Shown in pieces: positions 50,216 through 60,607 of a DNA stretch of 64,000 bases (position 1 is its first letter; every line of letters begins with the position of its first letter). The notes under the pieces were generated by a model. The model searched no databases, was not told the DNA's origin, and saw only the letters and a program-made list of their open reading frames with translations. The DNA is from an uncultured Planctomycetota bacterium. GTDB lineage: Bacteria; Planctomycetota; Phycisphaerae; Tepidisphaerales; Tepidisphaeraceae. Location of the stretch: contig CAWJEN010000005.1 of the NCBI GenBank assembly GCA_963841915.1, positions 864,001 through 928,000 on the forward strand, in the 5' to 3' direction. Made by a program: the position numbers and the translations under genes.

Positions 50216-50534
50216 GGCGAGCCAGACTACTTCGATGGGCTTGGGAATGGAGACGACCACAGACATGGAACTGACGTTGCAGTCGCTGCAGCTTGCCGCA
50301 TTGGCCTTGGTGGCGGGGGTGGTGCTTCTGACGCTTTCGTTCAGCCGAATCCTTTCGAGCGTGAGTCGGATGGTGGCGAAGACTGAGCTGTCGGCGGCTC
50401 CCGCATGTCAGCCTCAGCGACGCCCAATAGCCGGGCGCGCCGACGTGGGCAGTCGCAGTGTGAAGCCCTCACATCGAGCAGGTTCTGCTTTCGATGAACT
50501 GCCTGACTTGTTAATGTCGTCGGCGGAGCCTCCC

Positions 50535-50915
50535 ATGACCCACAACCCAGTTCCCTGGTTCGAGATCTATGTTCAAGACATGCCAGCCGCTCAGGCATTT
50601 TATGAGCAGGTGCTTGGGCATTCGCTATCGAAGCTGCCGGCACCCGAGGGATCGACTGGTGAGATGATGGCGTTCCCGATGGAGCAAGACGGTCCGGGCG
50701 CAAGTGGTGCATTGGTGAAGATCGAGGGCGTTCCGTCAGGGAGCGGCGGGACGATGGTCTACTTCAACAGCCAGGACGTGACGACGGAACTCGATCGCGT
50801 CGAGGCGGCAGGTGGCAAGGTGCTGCGCACGAAGATGTCGATCGGCCAGTACGGCAACATCGGCATCTTCCAGGATATTGACGGCAACGTCGTCGGGCTG
50901 CACTCGCAGGCCTGA
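50535..50915 (+). CDS. VOC/glyoxalase family protein
   Basis: NPVPWFEIYVQD...FYEQV...VEAAGGKV...DIDGNVVGLHS. Confidence 0.92.
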   Translation: MTHNPVPWFEIYVQDMPAAQAFYEQVLGHSLSKLPAPEGSTGEMMAFPMEQDGPGASGALVKIEGVPSGSGGTMVYFNSQDVTTELDRVEAAGGKVLRTKMSIGQYGNIGIFQDIDGNVVGLHSQA

Positions 50916-50918
50916 GGC

Positions 50919-51575
50919 CTAAACCGCAGTCTCGAGCAGCGACACGTCGCCACCGGTAATGGCAGCGAGGTTGCGCGTGATCTTGTCGGCCGGCCAATCC
51001 CACCACGCGATTGCCAGCAGGCGGTCGATGGTGGCGTCGTCAAATCGCTTGCGGATGAGCGTTGCCGGGTTGCCACCGACGACGGCGTAGGGCGGCACGT
51101 CCCGCGTCACGACGCCCCCGGCGGCGAGGACCGCGCCGTCGCCGATGGTGACGCCAGGCATGAAGGTGACGTCGTACCCGATCCAAACGTCGTTACCGAT
51201 GCGGGTGTCGCCTTTGTGCGGAAAGCTGTCGGGGCGACTCTCCTCCCAGCCGTTGCCGAAGATGAAGAACGGATAGGTCGACAGGCCTCTAGTCGCATGA
51301 TTGCCGCCGTTCATGATGAAGCGAACGTTGCGGGCAATGGCACAGAACTTACCGATGACGAGCTTGTCTCCGACAAAGTCGAAGAGGTACAGGACGTTCT
51401 TCAGAAAGTTGTCGCTGCCAAGCGGGTCGTCGTAGTAGGTGTAATCGCCTACATCGATCTGCGGGTGATCGACGACGTTCTTGAGGTAAGTGACCTGCTC
51501 AAACCCCTGCATCGGGTGCGGGTGTAGCGGGTCTGGGCCGTTTGGCTTTGGCATGTCCGAGTGGCGGGGCGTCAT
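50919..51575 (-). CDS. Vat/CatB-related hexapeptide O-acetyltransferase
   Basis: [51 protein letters not shown]. Confidence 0.9.
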   Translation of the reverse strand: MTPRHSDMPKPNGPDPLHPHPMQGFEQVTYLKNVVDHPQIDVGDYTYYDDPLGSDNFLKNVLYLFDFVGDKLVIGKFCAIARNVRFIMNGGNHATRGLSTYPFFIFGNGWEESRPDSFPHKGDTRIGNDVWIGYDVTFMPGVTIGDGAVLAAGGVVTRDVPPYAVVGGNPATLIRKRFDDATIDRLLAIAWWDWPADKITRNLAAITGGDVSLLETAV

Positions 51576-51581
51576 CGACCT

Positions 51582-52070
51582 TCACTCGCCGCTTGGCAGG
51601 TCAGTGCCGAGGTCGCGCACCTTCTGGGCCGACTCTTCTGCCGACTGCGCCTTGTCGAGCAACGTCTGCACCTCTGCGATGGGAGCGGCAAAGGCCTCGG
51701 GCAGCTCGGCCTTAACGGCGGCGACGTCTTCCATCACCCGCTCGGCGGCGTCGAAGTTGCCGGCCTCGATGGCGGTGCGGGCATCGGCCAAACGCATGCG
51801 AACCTGCTCGGCAAGCTCAGCACCACTCAGTGTCGACAGGTCAACGTCGGCCGCTGCACGCATTTGGTCGGCGGCTTCGGCGAGATCGCCCTCGGCCTCC
51901 TTGAGCTTGTCAGCCGCCTCGTCGCCATACTCGCTGGCGGCTTCGGCGTACTCACCGGCGGCAGCATCAATACTGGCGGCGGCGTCGTTGACATCGTCGT
52001 CTCCACCGTCGTCGCAGCCGACGAAGAGTAGGGAGGCGGCCAAAAGGGCATGGTGGCTGAAGCGTGTCAT
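51582..52070 (-). CDS. Acidic Ala-rich lipoprotein
   Basis: Lipobox FVGC followed by helical A/E/D-rich sequence. Confidence 0.7.
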   Translation of the reverse strand: MTRFSHHALLAASLLFVGCDDGGDDDVNDAAASIDAAAGEYAEAASEYGDEAADKLKEAEGDLAEAADQMRAAADVDLSTLSGAELAEQVRMRLADARTAIEAGNFDAAERVMEDVAAVKAELPEAFAAPIAEVQTLLDKAQSAEESAQKVRDLGTDLPSGE

Positions 52071-52244
52071 CACAGCATGCTATCGCAGATCGGTCCTGCG
52101 CGAACGCATGCCGTTCTGGAAGACGATGCCGCATTTGTAGAAATCAGATTTTCTTGCGCCAGTTGCGAGTCGGCTTGCGATCTTGCCTTGTTCGGCCGCT
52201 GCAACGTCGCGGCGGCTGGAAGCTTCCACGCAGGTACTATCTCA

Positions 52245-52799
52245 ATGAATCTCACCACCACTGGCCTTGTCACCCTCGCCACCGCCGCCTTCGGCGTCGC
52301 CAGCCTTGCCCAAGCCGGCGACGGCTGCACCTACAGCAAGCAGCAGGCGTCCTGCTACATTTCAGCCGATCTCGAGGCAACGTCAACCATCGTCGACGTT
52401 GCCAAGGCGAGCAAGAGTCCGTCGTTCCAGACGCTCGTCAAGCTCGTCGCCGCAGCAGACTTGGCTGAGGCCTTGTCGAGCGGTGAGTTCACTGTCTTTG
52501 CGCCGACAGACGAGGCCTTTGCGAAGCTGCCGGACGGCACGGCAGAAACGCTTCTGGCTGAGGAAGGCCGCGCGACGCTCAAGACGATTTTGACGTACCA
52601 CGTCGTTCCGTCGAAAATCCTTTCGAAGGACATCCCAGAGGGCACGACCGAAGTCGAAACGCTTGCCGGTCAGATGCTGACCGTTGTGCGTGACGGCGAC
52701 TCAATCATGGTCAATGGCAAGAAGGTCGCTGCGGCAGACGTCATGGCCAGCAACGGTGTGATTCACGTCCTCAGCGACGTGCTGATGCCGAAGTCTTGA
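52245..52799 (+). CDS. Fasciclin domain protein
   Basis: Signal peptide, FTVFAPTDEAF, ILTYHVV, ASNGVIHVLSDVL. Confidence 0.93.
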   Translation: MNLTTTGLVTLATAAFGVASLAQAGDGCTYSKQQASCYISADLEATSTIVDVAKASKSPSFQTLVKLVAAADLAEALSSGEFTVFAPTDEAFAKLPDGTAETLLAEEGRATLKTILTYHVVPSKILSKDIPEGTTEVETLAGQMLTVVRDGDSIMVNGKKVAAADVMASNGVIHVLSDVLMPKS

Positions 52800-52832
52800 A
52801 GCAGAAGCGAGGTAATGATCTTAGCGCTCTAC

Positions 52833-53435
52833 ATGGAGATCGCGAACGACGAGCCTTGCATCGATCCGCCGCCGGTGTTGCCACGCGTTGCCGCGGGTGA
52901 CGCGGCGGCGGTGTCTGCGTGCATCGAGCGGTACGGCGGGCTCGTCTGGTCCGTGACGCGTCAGACGTGCGCCTGCGACGCCGACGCTGAAGACGTGACG
53001 CAGGAGACGTTTCTAAGCCTGTGGCGGTCGGCCGATCAATTCGACGCAAGCCTGGGCAGCGAGGCTGCGTTCGTGGCAACGATCGCGCGGCGGCGCCTGG
53101 CCGATTACCTGCGTCGCAAGCCGAAGGTGACGTTCGATGTGACGGCGACGCTGGACGGCCCGACGTCGGCCGACATGCCGTTGGACGACGAGGCCGACGC
53201 CGCCCGCCAAGCGCTTGCCGGCTTGGGTGATCCGCAGCGGCATGTGGTGAATCTGAGCATTTTCGGCGGGCTCAGTTATGCCGAGATCGGCCGCCGACTT
53301 GGCATGCCGGCCTCGACGGCCAAGAGTCACGCGGCCCGAGCAATGGCGTCGCTTCGGGACCGACTCGACAGGCGGCGCGAGGCGATCCGCGTCCGCCGCC
53401 AGCAGTACCGCCTCCGGATGGAGGATCAGCGATGA
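52833..53435 (+). CDS. ECF sigma factor, SigK-like
   Basis: RVAAGD, DAEDVTQE, LWRSADQFD, IARRR, GLSYAEI; coupled to an RskA-like gene. Confidence 0.88.
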   Translation: MEIANDEPCIDPPPVLPRVAAGDAAAVSACIERYGGLVWSVTRQTCACDADAEDVTQETFLSLWRSADQFDASLGSEAAFVATIARRRLADYLRRKPKVTFDVTATLDGPTSADMPLDDEADAARQALAGLGDPQRHVVNLSIFGGLSYAEIGRRLGMPASTAKSHAARAMASLRDRLDRRREAIRVRRQQYRLRMEDQR

Positions 53436-54079
53436 TGGACCCCCACGACGAGCACGAGACGCAGCCGACTGACGAATCCGTCGTCGCGGCCTGGCGTGCT
53501 GCCGAGTCGCAGACGCTACCGGCGTTGTTGCGTGGGACGCTGCAGCGCGATGCGGACGCCTTCTTCAAGCAGGAATCGGCGCGGCCGACGATGCGGATCG
53601 GTTTGGCGACCTGGTCGGGCTGGCTCGCTGCGGCCGCGGCGGCGCTGGTGGCGGTTGGGCTTTGGGTGACACGCCCGGATGCCGATTCGTCGCCGACGCT
53701 TGACCAACTTAAGGCAACTCGGACAGCTCAAGCCGTTTCTCTACAGCCGGTCGGTTCCGACACCAAGGCGAAGGCTGAAGCGATTTTTGACGGCAATTTG
53801 CAGCAAGGAATCTTGACGCTTCAGGATCTAGCGCCGGCACCGCCTGGAGAGACATATCAGCTTTGGATCATCGACGGCACCAGGGACGAGGCGGACGGCG
53901 GCAATCGGGTTGATGGCGGCACATTTGATGTGGAAGGCAACACTGCAGAGGTGCCGTTCATGCCGCGTCTGCCTGTGGGACGCGCGACGGGCTTTGCGGT
54001 GACGCTCGAACCGTCTAAAGGCAGTGTCGTCAGCCCACTGGGCGACCGATTGATTTTGATCGGAACGACAGCGGGTTGA
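53432..54079 (+). CDS. Anti-sigma factor, RskA-like
   Basis: TM helix, YQLWII, FAVTLEP...G; ATGA overlap with the sigma gene. Confidence 0.88.
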   Translation: MMDPHDEHETQPTDESVVAAWRAAESQTLPALLRGTLQRDADAFFKQESARPTMRIGLATWSGWLAAAAAALVAVGLWVTRPDADSSPTLDQLKATRTAQAVSLQPVGSDTKAKAEAIFDGNLQQGILTLQDLAPAPPGETYQLWIIDGTRDEADGGNRVDGGTFDVEGNTAEVPFMPRLPVGRATGFAVTLEPSKGSVVSPLGDRLILIGTTAG

Positions 54080-54228
54080 TCGATCGGTTCCGGTGCAAGT
54101 CGAACAAGCAGGTGAGGCAGCTTCTTGCTTAATGAGTTTTCCTGACAAAGTGCCTAGCAGTCACATCGGCAACTACTTATGCTGAGGTAGTCGGCTATGG
54201 CCGAGCACCAGGTTCCTTCGGCACTGCC

Positions 54229-54522
54229 ATGAACGCCCAGCGGTTTTACCTCTACATTTCGGGTGATTCAGCCAACAGCCGGCGTGCACGGGCGAACGTG
54301 GACAAGCTCTGCGACATGATTCCTGGTGGATGTGATATAGAGATCGTTGATGTTCGGGCCGATCCCGGTGCGGCAGAGGCGGCACGTGTCATCGCAACAC
54401 CGATGCTCGTCAGCCGAACCGACAAGCGGCCGCGGCGGGTGGTCGGAGATCTGTCTAACCTGCAGCAGGTGATGGCCTATCTTGGTCTCGCCGTCACGGA
54501 TGACCACGGACATTCTGCCTAG
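54229..54522 (+). CDS. kaiB: KaiB-family protein
   Basis: LYISGDSANSRRA...IVDV...VIATPML...RRVVGDLSN. Confidence 0.9.
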   Translation: MNAQRFYLYISGDSANSRRARANVDKLCDMIPGGCDIEIVDVRADPGAAEAARVIATPMLVSRTDKRPRRVVGDLSNLQQVMAYLGLAVTDDHGHSA

Positions 54523-54535
54523 GAAGTGAAAGCGC

Positions 54536-56149
54536 ATGAGCGGCGAAGATACTGAACCCAATCAACCTGGCACAGGCAAGAGTGATGCGACTGCTGGGTC
54601 CATCGAGGAAGCAACCACTGACTTCTACAACGGCCTGCCGACTGACGGTGTCCTGCCACCGTTCGAGAAGGTAGCCACGGGTGTGCATGGACTCGATGCC
54701 TTGTGTCACGGTGGATTTCCGAAGGACCGGGCAACCCTCGTCGCCGGCACCAGTGGCAGCGGCAAGACGATTCTTGCCGTCCAGTTTCTGGCAGAAGCCG
54801 TCAAAAACGGCTCCGGTGGCGTTTTCGTCACCTTCGAAGAGCAACCCGACGATTTGCGTCGCAACGTGCTCGGCCTCGGCTGGGACATCGCCGCTTGGGA
54901 AAAGGCTGGAAAGTTTGCATTCGTCAACGCTTCACCAGTGCCGGATCAGGATGTCGTGGTCGGCGACTACGACCTCGACGCGTTGCTCGACCGTATCTGC
55001 CACGCCGTGTCGACCATCGGCTGTGATCGCGTCGCCCTCGACAGCCTCAGCGGCCTGTACGGCCAAGGCTTTGGCACAGCCGGCAAGCTTCGCTACGAGC
55101 TGTTCCGACTGATCCGCCAACTCAAAGACCGTGGGCTCACGGTGCTCATGACAGTCGAAAGGCCTCGAGACCAGAGCGGTGCCGGCTCGCAAACGGTCGA
55201 TGAATTCGTCAGTGACACGGTGATCCTGCTCCGTAACAACCTCGCACGCGAACGCCGCCGTCGGACCTTGGAGATTCTCAAGTTCCGCGGCAGCGACCAC
55301 CGCGAAGGGGAATCGCCATTTACCATCGATCCACGACGCGGCATCGTCACGACGCCGCTGTCGTCTTTGCAGTTGACGCAGAACAGCAGCAACAACCGCG
55401 TGACCAGTGGTAGTGAAGAGCTCGACAAGATGTGCGGCGGTGGATTCTTCCGCGACAGCGTCATCCTCGTCAGTGGACCGACTGGCACGGGTAAGACGAT
55501 GCTCTGCAGCCACTTTGTTGGCAACGTAGAGCCCGAGGGACGCTCGCTGTTGCTGGCGTTCGAAGAAAGCCGCGAACAGCTGTTCCGCAACGCGGCGAGC
55601 TTCGGCATCAATCTCGAAGAACTCGAGAAGTCGGGTCGTCTCAAGGTCGTGTGTCAGTATCCCGAGGCCCAGGACTTGCAGTCGCACTTGCTGCAGATCA
55701 GTGACCTTGTCCGCGAGTTCAAGCCGACGCGAGTCGCAATCGATTCGCTGTCCGCACTTGAGCGCGTCGGTAGCGACGCCTACTTCCGCGAGTTCCTCAT
55801 CGGCCTGACCAGCTTGATGAAGCGGCACGAAGTGGCCACGCTTTCGACCAGTACCAGCCGAAATCTTGTCGGTGCCCGCAGCGTCAGCGAGCAGCACATC
55901 AGCACGCTGACCGACTCGATCATCCTGCTCCGCTACGTGGAGTACAACGGCAAGATCGAACGAGGCATCATGGTGCTGAAGATGCGTGGCAGCAGTCACG
56001 CACAGAGCATTCGGCGATTTGAGATTGGGGCTGAGGGAATGCGAATTGGCTCCAAATTTGAAGGTCTCGGCGGTATCCTCGCAGGCCAGGCACGCGAGGT
56101 CGATCCCAGGCCTGAAGAAGACGCACCTCAACCAAAGCCGCTCGCATAA
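54536..56149 (+). CDS. kaiC: Double-domain circadian clock ATPase KaiC
   Basis: Two P-loops (GTSGSGKT, GPTGTGKT), TFEE/AFEE, LKFRG/LKMRG, phosphosite motif HISTLTDSII. Confidence 0.95.
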   Translation: MSGEDTEPNQPGTGKSDATAGSIEEATTDFYNGLPTDGVLPPFEKVATGVHGLDALCHGGFPKDRATLVAGTSGSGKTILAVQFLAEAVKNGSGGVFVTFEEQPDDLRRNVLGLGWDIAAWEKAGKFAFVNASPVPDQDVVVGDYDLDALLDRICHAVSTIGCDRVALDSLSGLYGQGFGTAGKLRYELFRLIRQLKDRGLTVLMTVERPRDQSGAGSQTVDEFVSDTVILLRNNLARERRRRTLEILKFRGSDHREGESPFTIDPRRGIVTTPLSSLQLTQNSSNNRVTSGSEELDKMCGGGFFRDSVILVSGPTGTGKTMLCSHFVGNVEPEGRSLLLAFEESREQLFRNAASFGINLEELEKSGRLKVVCQYPEAQDLQSHLLQISDLVREFKPTRVAIDSLSALERVGSDAYFREFLIGLTSLMKRHEVATLSTSTSRNLVGARSVSEQHISTLTDSIILLRYVEYNGKIERGIMVLKMRGSSHAQSIRRFEIGAEGMRIGSKFEGLGGILAGQAREVDPRPEEDAPQPKPLA

Positions 56150-56173
56150 ACGCTTCTCACCTCTCATAAATCG

Positions 56174-58006
56174 TTGGGTAACACGGACGTTTCCAACCTC
56201 CTTCGGCCGCGACTTGGCGAGCTGATCGATCGCAGCGCCGACGGCATGATCCTCGTCGACGGCGAGGGCGTGGTTTCGTTCGCCAACAAGGCTGCGACGG
56301 CCATGTTCGGCCGCAACGACGTTGCCGACATCGTCGGCAGCGAGCTGGGTGTTCCCATGTTCGCTGGAGAAACGACCGAGCTCGAGCTTGTCCGTCCCGA
56401 CGGCAAGCCCATTTGGGTCGAGCTGCGGACCGTCGACGCCCGCGAATTCGGCGAAGGTGCGACGCTGGCCACGCTGCGCGACGTCACCGAACGTCGGGCC
56501 GCCGAAAAGCAGCTGGCTGACAGTGAAGGCCGCTACCGGTTGCTCGCCGACAACACGTCCGATCTCATCAGTCGTCACCGCAGCGGCGGTCGCTTTGCCT
56601 ACGCATCGGCCAGCGCACGACGGCTCATCGGCCGAGACGACGAGATGTTGCGCGACGTCCCGCTGACCGACCTCACGCACGACGACGACCGTGAACGTGT
56701 TGCAGAGCTCTTTTCGGCAACCTCTTCGCAGCCTCGACGAGACACCTACCGCATCCGCCACGCCGAGGGTCACTTCATCTGGGCCGAAACAACATGCCGC
56801 CACGTGCCCGGCACCGATGACGACGGCGAAGCCCAGTGGGTAGCCGTGACCCGCGACGTGACGAAGCAACGTGAGCTCGAGTCGCAGCTGCAGCACGCCC
56901 AGAAGATGGAAGCCGTCGGCCGCCTCGCCGGTGGTGTCGCGCACGATTTCAACAATCTGCTCACGGTCATCACCGGCTACTGCGAGCTCCTGCTTGAACG
57001 TGAACGGCTGTCTCACACAACGCAATCGGGGGAGCTTCGGGAGATCAGGCGCGCAGCCGAAGGAGCGTTCACACTCACGAAGCAGTTGCTGAGCTTTGCC
57101 CGTCAGCACCAGGCCAGGCCCAAGACGCTTGACCTCAACAAGTTGATCGAACGGATGTTCCCACTGCTCAAGGCGCACGTGGGCGAGGCGGTGGAGATCG
57201 ACTTCATTCGCGAGCAGGTTTCGCCGCTGAACGTGCACCTCGACGCGAACCTGTTTGAGCAGGTCGTGGTGAATCTCGTGGTTAACGCACGCGATGCGAT
57301 GGCGGGAGCCGGGCACCTCACGCTGCAAACCAAGGCCGGCGACGGCGTGGCGACGCTCGACGTGTCCGACACCGGAAGCGGCATGGGACACGAGGTTCGC
57401 GACCGCATCTTCGAGCCGTTCTTCACGACCAAAGGTGTCGACGAAGGGACCGGCCTCGGTTTGTCCACCGCCTTCGGCATCATCAAGCAGAGCGGCGGCA
57501 ACATCAGCGTCGAGAGTGAGGTCGGTCAAGGCACGACCTTCAGCGTCGAGTTGCCGCTGGCCAAGACGCCGATCGATGAGAGCGTCGCAAGCTCGATGCC
57601 GTCCGTATGTAATCGCCCGGCGTCTCGCGGCAGGGTGCTGCTGGTTGAGGATCAAGCCATGCTGCGACGTTTGCTGCGTCGTGTCATTTCGGCAGCAGGC
57701 TTCGAAGCCGTTGCCGCCGAGGGGCCGCGTGAGGCACTGTCGCTGGTAGATGATCTGCTGCCAGGTGCATCGTTTGATGTCCTGCTGACCGACGTCGTCA
57801 TGCCGGAAATGAAGGGCCCGGAACTTGCGGCCCGGATCGTCAGCCAACATCCGAAGATGCCGGTGATCTACATGAGCGGCTACACCGATGGCGAGGTCGC
57901 CAGTGCGAAGAATCGACCGAAGGGCGAGTTCCACTTTCTGCAGAAGCCGTTTACGCCTGAGCAGCTCGTCGATCTGCTCATCCGTGTCGCCAACGCTGAT
58001 CAGTAA
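56174..58006 (+). CDS. PAS-PAS hybrid histidine kinase with receiver domain
   Basis: [52 protein letters not shown]. Confidence 0.93.
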   Translation: MGNTDVSNLLRPRLGELIDRSADGMILVDGEGVVSFANKAATAMFGRNDVADIVGSELGVPMFAGETTELELVRPDGKPIWVELRTVDAREFGEGATLATLRDVTERRAAEKQLADSEGRYRLLADNTSDLISRHRSGGRFAYASASARRLIGRDDEMLRDVPLTDLTHDDDRERVAELFSATSSQPRRDTYRIRHAEGHFIWAETTCRHVPGTDDDGEAQWVAVTRDVTKQRELESQLQHAQKMEAVGRLAGGVAHDFNNLLTVITGYCELLLERERLSHTTQSGELREIRRAAEGAFTLTKQLLSFARQHQARPKTLDLNKLIERMFPLLKAHVGEAVEIDFIREQVSPLNVHLDANLFEQVVVNLVVNARDAMAGAGHLTLQTKAGDGVATLDVSDTGSGMGHEVRDRIFEPFFTTKGVDEGTGLGLSTAFGIIKQSGGNISVESEVGQGTTFSVELPLAKTPIDESVASSMPSVCNRPASRGRVLLVEDQAMLRRLLRRVISAAGFEAVAAEGPREALSLVDDLLPGASFDVLLTDVVMPEMKGPELAARIVSQHPKMPVIYMSGYTDGEVASAKNRPKGEFHFLQKPFTPEQLVDLLIRVANADQ

Positions 58007-58032
58007 GTTGGCAAAGGCGGATACGCTGGCCC

Positions 58033-58824
58033 GTGCCACGCCGTCCACAGAACCAAACTTCCCGCAAAACCGACTGGCAGCCCGTAGCCGACTGGTACGA
58101 CGAACTTGTCGGCGACGACGGCGGCGAGTTTCATCGCGAGGTGGTCCTACCAGGCACCGTCCGCCTGCTCGGCGGCGAAGCCATTTGCGACCGAAGCGTG
58201 CTCGACGTCGCCTGCGGGCAGGGCGTGCTGTGTCGACGACTAACGGAGCTAGGCGCCTGCACGCTTGGCGTTGATGCCGCGCCTGCACTGGTCGAGCGGG
58301 CCAGGCAACGCAGTGAGGGAGACTACCGCGTGGCCGACGCGCGTGACCTGAGCTTTCTCGAGCACGCAAGCTTCGACGCAGCCGCGTGCCTCCTGGCGGT
58401 GGCGAACATTCATCCGATTCGACCGGTATTTGAAGGTGTTGCCAACGCACTCGTCGACGGCGGTCAGTTCGTCATGGTCACGAATCACCCGGCGTTCCGC
58501 GGTGCCAAGGAGACGCATTGGGGTTGGGATGATGCGTCTGCCACGCAATACCGCCGCGTCGACCGCTACCTGTCGCCGCGGAAGAGCCCGATCGTGACAC
58601 ACCCCGGCGACATCGACCGGGGCTACACGTGGACCTTCCATCGCCCGATCGGCCACTACGTCAAGGCACTTCGCCAGGCTGGCCTGCTCGTCGACGCACT
58701 CGAAGAATGGCCTAGCCACAAAACCAGCGGCCCGGGCCCGCGGCAAAAGGCAGAAAACATCGCCCGCAAAGAGATCCCGATGTTCCTCGCCATTCGCGCG
58801 ATCAAGATCGCCGGGCTCACCTGA
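58033..58824 (+). CDS. Class I SAM-dependent methyltransferase
   Basis: WQPVADWYD, VLDVACGQG, NHPAF, FHRP. Confidence 0.88.
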   Translation: MPRRPQNQTSRKTDWQPVADWYDELVGDDGGEFHREVVLPGTVRLLGGEAICDRSVLDVACGQGVLCRRLTELGACTLGVDAAPALVERARQRSEGDYRVADARDLSFLEHASFDAAACLLAVANIHPIRPVFEGVANALVDGGQFVMVTNHPAFRGAKETHWGWDDASATQYRRVDRYLSPRKSPIVTHPGDIDRGYTWTFHRPIGHYVKALRQAGLLVDALEEWPSHKTSGPGPRQKAENIARKEIPMFLAIRAIKIAGLT

Positions 58825-58827
58825 GCC

Positions 58828-59769
58828 TTATGCCGCCTGCGGGTGATCGTCCGGCACAATCGACAAGTCGGCCGCGGCGGCGTTGGACTCGACTTGCCCG
58901 ACGTTCTTGACGCCCGGAATGACACACGTGACCGCCGGGTGCTTCAAGCACCATGCAAGCGCCCACGTCGCCATCGAGACCTTTGCAGCGTCGACCTGCT
59001 GTTCGTACTCTTCATGCTTGATCTGCTCGGCCAAGCGAAGCTGCTCGTCGCTCTTCTCCTGCCCGTGGCGGCCGCGGACCTCTTCCTTGTCGAAGTGGTG
59101 GCCAGGCTTGTACTTGCCGGACAAGTAACCGCTGGCCAAAGGCACACGCGCCAGCACACCCAGGTTTTGCTCGCGGCAGACGTCAAACACCTCTTGTTCA
59201 GGCGTCGTGTCGAGCCGGTTGTAGATGATCTGAATCGCCTCGACGTTGCGGTCCTTGCTGGCGGCAACCTGCTTCACGTTTGCGTTGGAGCCGACGGAGT
59301 TGGCGATGTGGCGGAACTTTCCTTCATCCTTGAGTTTGTCCAGCTCAGCCAGCACGTCGTCGTCGAAGAACGTGTCGTCGCCCCACGAGTGGTATTGCTG
59401 CACATCGACGTAATCGGTGCGCAACGCCTTCAGCGAGGCCTCGGTCTGCTCGCGAACGTCGCCCGGCTTTCGCGGCTCCGTGCGGTCGAAGTTGCCGTGG
59501 AACTTGTGGCCGAACTTGGTGGCGATGATCCAGTCGTCGCGTTGGCCGCTCAGGTCGCGAAGGGCGTCGCCGATGAGGCTTTCGCTGAGGTGGTCGCCGT
59601 AACACTCGGCCGTGTCGATGAGGTTGATGCCAAGCTCTTTGCCGCGGCGGAACATGGCGACGACATCGCTGACGGCCGGCGTGTTGCCCCATTCTCCGCC
59701 GAACTGCCAGGTGCCCAGTCCGACAACGCTGACACGCAAGTTCGTAGATCCGAGGGTGCGATACTTCAT
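58828..59769 (-). CDS. Aldo/keto reductase
   Basis: GLGTWQFGG, IDTAECYG, ATKFG, PLASGYLSGKY, VIPGVK. Confidence 0.93.
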   Translation of the reverse strand: MKYRTLGSTNLRVSVVGLGTWQFGGEWGNTPAVSDVVAMFRRGKELGINLIDTAECYGDHLSESLIGDALRDLSGQRDDWIIATKFGHKFHGNFDRTEPRKPGDVREQTEASLKALRTDYVDVQQYHSWGDDTFFDDDVLAELDKLKDEGKFRHIANSVGSNANVKQVAASKDRNVEAIQIIYNRLDTTPEQEVFDVCREQNLGVLARVPLASGYLSGKYKPGHHFDKEEVRGRHGQEKSDEQLRLAEQIKHEEYEQQVDAAKVSMATWALAWCLKHPAVTCVIPGVKNVGQVESNAAAADLSIVPDDHPQAA

Positions 59770-59791
59770 GCACAAGCGTAAGACATGCATT

Positions 59792-60607
59792 ATGTCCAAG
59801 CGCACCCGCGGCGACAAAGCGAGTCGGCGATATCACAATCGTGTCGCCAAAAAGTACGACGACATCTACGACGACGACTACTGGCGCTTCCACGACGCAG
59901 TCACGTGGGAACGCGTCAAGCCGCACCTTCCGACCGATGCGGCCGCTCGCTGCCTCGACCTCGGCTGCGGTACCGGAAAGTGGGGCCTGAAGCTCGCCAA
60001 GAGCGGCTACGACGTCACCTTCGTCGACCATTCACCGGCCATGGTTGGCGAAGTGCGCGGCAAGATCGACGAGTCGGCCAAGCTCGCCGGTTGCGACGCG
60101 CACGAGGCCGACATCATCGACATGCCGATGCTCGAGACGAGTCGCTACGCGCTCACATTGGCGATGGGAGACCCGCTCAGTATCTGCAGCGACCCGCAAC
60201 GCGCGGCTAACGAGATGTTCCGGCTTTGCTCGCCGGGCGGTGTCGTCATTGCAACCGCCGACAATCGACTTGCCGCGGCGGATAGCTACCTGGAGCGCGG
60301 CGACCTCGACGCGATGGAGCACGTGCTCAAGACCGGCCGCACGCAATGGGTAACGGCCCAGAAGTCGGAGCAGTTCGACCTGCACACGTTCACGCCTGAC
60401 GGCCTGCGGCGGCTCTTCGAACGCAGCGGCTTCGTCGTCCGCAGCGTGCAGGGAAAGACGATCCTGCCGATCCGCAAGGTGCGCGAACAGCTGGCCGAAA
60501 CGGAGACATATCGGCGACTGCTCAAGGCTGAGCTCTTGCTGTCGGCCGACCCGTTGCACGCTGCTCGCGCGGGGCACTTGCAGATCATCGCAACGAGGCC
60601 GACATGA
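59792..60607 (+). CDS. Class I SAM-dependent methyltransferase
   Basis: CLDLGCGTG, VDHSPAM, GDPLSIC, PGG. Confidence 0.88.
   Translation: MSKRTRGDKASRRYHNRVAKKYDDIYDDDYWRFHDAVTWERVKPHLPTDAAARCLDLGCGTGKWGLKLAKSGYDVTFVDHSPAMVGEVRGKIDESAKLAGCDAHEADIIDMPMLETSRYALTLAMGDPLSICSDPQRAANEMFRLCSPGGVVIATADNRLAAADSYLERGDLDAMEHVLKTGRTQWVTAQKSEQFDLHTFTPDGLRRLFERSGFVVRSVQGKTILPIRKVREQLAETETYRRLLKAELLLSADPLHAARAGHLQIIATRPT

Noticed and set aside
36400..58010. Precise att-bounded genomic island
   Set aside because: No second copy of the tRNA 3' end or other flanking direct repeat was found by eye; boundaries remain inferred from gene content only.
54932..58450. 1172-aa minus-strand ORF
   Set aside because: Antisense shadow of kaiC and the hybrid kinase; no motifs; expected in high-GC DNA.
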